In this document: positions 60,884 through 64,000 of the stretch, in pieces
Position numbering within the stretch: the first letter of the stretch is position 1
Layout: every line of letters starts with the position of its first letter
Assembly (NCBI GenBank): GCA_024650005.2
Contig: CP122380.1
Location: 1,152,001 to 1,216,000, forward strand
Length of the DNA: 64,000 nt
Source of the DNA: Candidatus Bathyarchaeum tardum
GTDB lineage: Archaea > Thermoproteota > Bathyarchaeia > Bathyarchaeales > Bathyarchaeaceae
Direction of reading: 5' to 3'
Notes under the pieces: generated by a model
The model's database searches: none
Seen by the model: only the letters and a program-made list of their open reading frames with translations
Told to the model about the DNA's origin: nothing
Translations under genes and position numbers: made by a program

Positions 60884-61506
60884 ATTCGATTAACTGCAAT
60901 TGTTTTTTGAGTTAACTAACGTACAAAATCTTACCGATTGAACCTAAACCATTAACTTCTAAATAATCAACATTAAAAATTAACAAATAATTGTTAATTA
61001 TTTTCGCATTCGCCTAATTTCGCTATTGTCCAAACAAAAATCAACGAGACATATTTTTGAAACATTTAATAAATTCAAAAAAATCAAATAAACAGAAGGT
61101 ATAACTTGCAAATGATGTTCAAAAAATCACCTTCAAGAATTCAAACAGCTTTTCCAATGTTTGAAACAAAAAAAGAGACCAGTATTGTGCCCTACTTTCA
61201 ACGTTAAAGGCGTAGCATAGCCAAAATTGCACAAACCATTTCCCATTCAATATTAAAACTACCATTTTTTCAGAAAACTTAAGTTCAAAAAATAAGGTAA
61301 CATAACGATTCACTCATTTTTTACTTGAAAAAATATTTGATTTTAAATTAAAAAATTATCTGAAAACCAATATATAAGGTTCGACATCAATCGGTAAAAA
61401 CGATTCTTCAAGTCGAAATGTAAAGAACAAAAAGAGCAAAACTCGGATATTTTAGTTACAAAAAGAATATTATTCAAAAACATTGAAGTTCTAATAGTGT
61501 TCGGGC

Positions 61507-61968
61507 ATGTTTAGCAAAATTTTAGTTGCTATTGATGGTTCTAAAACTGCTGATAGAGCGGTAGAATTTGCACTTGATCTAGCTGGAAAATACTCTGCAG
61601 AATTATTGATTGTTAGTGTGTTTTATGTGATATCAACCCCTTTAGTGGCACGCGGCATGGGTTTTTCCTCGCCAAGTACAACTAAACAAATTGAAGAACT
61701 GGGGTCATTCCATGAAAAGATACTGGTTGATGCTGTAAAAAAGGCAAAGCAAGTAAATGGTAAATTGAAGGTTACAAAAAAGTTGATGAATGGTCCTGTA
61801 GCACATAAGATCGTCGAAACAGCAAACAATGGTCAGTTTGATTTGATAGTTATTGGAAACAGGGGTCTGGGGGGAATTAAAGAAATATTTCTTGGAAGTG
61901 TCAGTGACCGAGTTGTAGACGAAGCAAAATGTCCAGTGTTAATAGTTAAAGAGAATAATATTTCATAA
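61507..61968 (+). CDS. Universal stress protein
   Basis: KILVAIDGS, DLIVIGNRG...LGSVSDRVV...CPVLIV. Confidence 0.93.
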   Translation: MFSKILVAIDGSKTADRAVEFALDLAGKYSAELLIVSVFYVISTPLVARGMGFSSPSTTKQIEELGSFHEKILVDAVKKAKQVNGKLKVTKKLMNGPVAHKIVETANNGQFDLIVIGNRGLGGIKEIFLGSVSDRVVDEAKCPVLIVKENNIS

Positions 61969-61971
61969 TGC

Positions 61972-62598
61972 TTAGTCTATTAGCACCATACCAAATGTTT
62001 CAGGAGCGCCCTGCATCGGAAAAGGTACCGGCATTCCAGCATTCTCCAAGGTTTGTTTAATGTTAACACCAACAGATTGCGCAGTATAGCGTGCTTCGCT
62101 TGGATGAAGACAGAGTTTTTGTTCGAGATTACATTTTTCACACAGTAAACAAGAACCAGTAGTGAATCCAACAGCCATACTGTAGCCTTTGTTCATTGCA
62201 GCTTTTTCGAGGTCACGAACCATTTTCAGCAAATGTAGTTTGTCTTTTTTCCATGTAATCCAAAATGTATGTATTTTTTTGCGCATTTCTTCTGTTAACG
62301 AGGGATCGTTTTCATCTTTTGAAAGAAGTTTAACAATTTCAGGAGTCACGTGTGCTTTGCTTTTGAATTTTAGAATTAATGCGTAACGGTATTCACTTAA
62401 TATTGTTCTAAATTCATTTGTACTCGGCGAATAAGGTGGACACATCAACGTTTTGCCATAGTGTTTGCAGCCTACACGACATTTGAGTACTACACGGTTT
62501 TCAACAATAATTTCGTTTGCTGGAATTATTTTTGTTTCTGAAGCACCTAGTTCGAGGGCTAACATTGTAAGAAAACTAAACTCAGATTCTTTGCTCAT
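61972..62598 (-). CDS. DUF2284 metal-binding protein
   Basis: KCRVGCKHYG...CPP, GSCLLCEKC...CLHP. Confidence 0.85.
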   Translation of the reverse strand: MSKESEFSFLTMLALELGASETKIIPANEIIVENRVVLKCRVGCKHYGKTLMCPPYSPSTNEFRTILSEYRYALILKFKSKAHVTPEIVKLLSKDENDPSLTEEMRKKIHTFWITWKKDKLHLLKMVRDLEKAAMNKGYSMAVGFTTGSCLLCEKCNLEQKLCLHPSEARYTAQSVGVNIKQTLENAGMPVPFPMQGAPETFGMVLID

Positions 62599-62621
62599 TC
62601 TAATCAGATTCCCATAAATGA

Positions 62622-63431
62622 TTATGTCATTAAAGGACGGTTTTTTGTCAAATCTATCCTTTCGGGATATGTATAAACATTCATTCGGTTGTCCCGAGCA
62701 AAACCAACTAATGTTACTCCCGTGATTTCTGCAACATCTAAACCGGAACTAATAGCTGCCGCTAAAGATGCAACAATCTGAATTTTCATTCGGGCCGCTT
62801 TTAGCACTAAATCCCCTGTCAGTCTGCCGCTTAAAGCAAGAAAACACTGAGAAAAAGCTACCTGATTTAATGCACCTGCACCAATAACTTTGTCTACAGC
62901 ATTGTGGCGACCAACATCTTCAGCTAAAAACAACAGTTTTCCATCTTTTGAATACAATGCAGCAGCGTGAACCCCACCTGTTGTTTTAAAATTTTCAGAT
63001 ACCTGATTAAGGTTTGTTACTGATTGATAAATTACTTTAGAATTAACTTTTAAGTTAAATTTCAATTTTGGGATGCTTTCAACAATTTCAGATATGGGTC
63101 GATAATCAGGTGAACCACAAGCTGAGACAATTCGGCGTGAAAATCGCTGGGACAATGAGATTCTTTGCGTGGCATCAATGTTTGGTTTTAGGGTTAATAT
63201 TCCACCTTTTTTTATAGTTAATTTTTCAATTTCGTCTGTAGACGTAAGAACTCCTTCCCCTAGAAGATGCCCTAGAACCATTTCTTTTTGCTGATTCGGG
63301 GAACAAAGAATTGTTCCGTAGTGACGTTTGTTAAGATAAATATGAAGGGCTTTTTCTTCTGCAACATAATCAGTTTGTTGTTTTATTGTTTGTTTTTTTG
63401 TGTTCAATCTGTTAATTTTGATTTCTCGCAA
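62622..63431 (-). CDS. fdhD: Formate dehydrogenase accessory sulfurtransferase
   Basis: SACG, TGGVHAAA, EDVGRHNAVDKVIG, LVGFAR. Confidence 0.92.
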   Translation of the reverse strand: MREIKINRLNTKKQTIKQQTDYVAEEKALHIYLNKRHYGTILCSPNQQKEMVLGHLLGEGVLTSTDEIEKLTIKKGGILTLKPNIDATQRISLSQRFSRRIVSACGSPDYRPISEIVESIPKLKFNLKVNSKVIYQSVTNLNQVSENFKTTGGVHAAALYSKDGKLLFLAEDVGRHNAVDKVIGAGALNQVAFSQCFLALSGRLTGDLVLKAARMKIQIVASLAAAISSGLDVAEITGVTLVGFARDNRMNVYTYPERIDLTKNRPLMT

Positions 63432-63443
63432 ACTGGTTGCATC

Positions 63444-63998
63444 CTAAGTCTTAAGCTCAGAGTGAATATATTTGATGATTTCTTCTGCAATGTTTGTTTG
63501 AGTAACGGACTGCAATCCTCTCCATCCCGGCTGACTATTGAGTTCAATGAGCACGGGTCCATTTGGTCCTTCTATTAAGTCTACTCCGGTTACTTTGCAG
63601 CCAATGACTTTTGCTGCTTGTAATGCAATTTTTTCCAGTTCTTCCGGCAACTGGATAGATACAGGTTTTGCACCAAGACTTACGTTGGTTTTCCAACTTG
63701 ACGATACACGTCGCATTGAAGCTACAACACGGTCTCCAATTACGAATGCTCGTATGTCTGAGCCGCCGTGATTAACGAATTCTTGGAGGTACAAAACTCC
63801 ATGATGAAAAGACACTGCCCTGAAGATTCTTGCTGCTACATCGGGATCTGTAACTCTACTTGTCCCGACGCCTCGAGAACCGAATAATGGTTTTACTACT
63901 ATGTCTCCACCTAGTTCATAGAAGCATTTTAAAGCTTCATCATGGTTTTCGGTTACTGCTGTTCGGGGAACAGGTAAACCATTTTCGTGAAAAAGGGT
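63444..63998 (-). CDS. RimK-family ATP-grasp ligase, 5'-partial
   Basis: VPRT, VVKPLFGSRG, DIRAFVIG, WKTNVSLG, IELNSQPGW; the frame runs off the window end. Confidence 0.9.
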   Translation of the reverse strand, partial: TLFHENGLPVPRTAVTENHDEALKCFYELGGDIVVKPLFGSRGVGTSRVTDPDVAARIFRAVSFHHGVLYLQEFVNHGGSDIRAFVIGDRVVASMRRVSSSWKTNVSLGAKPVSIQLPEELEKIALQAAKVIGCKVTGVDLIEGPNGPVLIELNSQPGWRGLQSVTQTNIAEEIIKYIHSELKT

Positions 63999-64000
63999 TA

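Overview
Archaeal chromosomal DNA, most consistent with a Bathyarchaeia (TACK) genome. The assignment is inferred from ribosomal proteins S25e and S30e, a thermosome subunit, Rpo6, a Tes-like radical SAM enzyme, CofE and a large beta-propeller surface protein. Housekeeping blocks (about 0-3.5, 13.7-19.6, 40.5-53.5 and 55.8-64 kb) alternate with accessory DNA. (i) A 4-12 kb cluster of membrane, redox and ABC genes shares an operator-like palindrome, TCAAG-N4-CTTGA, including a perfect 31-bp inverted copy. (ii) A roughly 19.7-30.5 kb defence-like island holds an OLD nuclease, an M48 peptidase, a coupled operon of five small HTH proteins plus a PD-(D/E)xK nuclease, and a HEPN-like gene; this is the best candidate for an undescribed system. 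(iii) A probable Cas1 remnant lies next to a three-gene HicA-type toxin-antitoxin module. (iv) A short tyrosine recombinase is associated with three copies of a 19-20 bp site in mixed orientation. Several micro-ORFs absent from the ORF track and a two-copy MITE/ncRNA-like element were also found. No rRNA, tRNA or CRISPR array was seen. All family assignments are by-eye motif recognition, not database searches.
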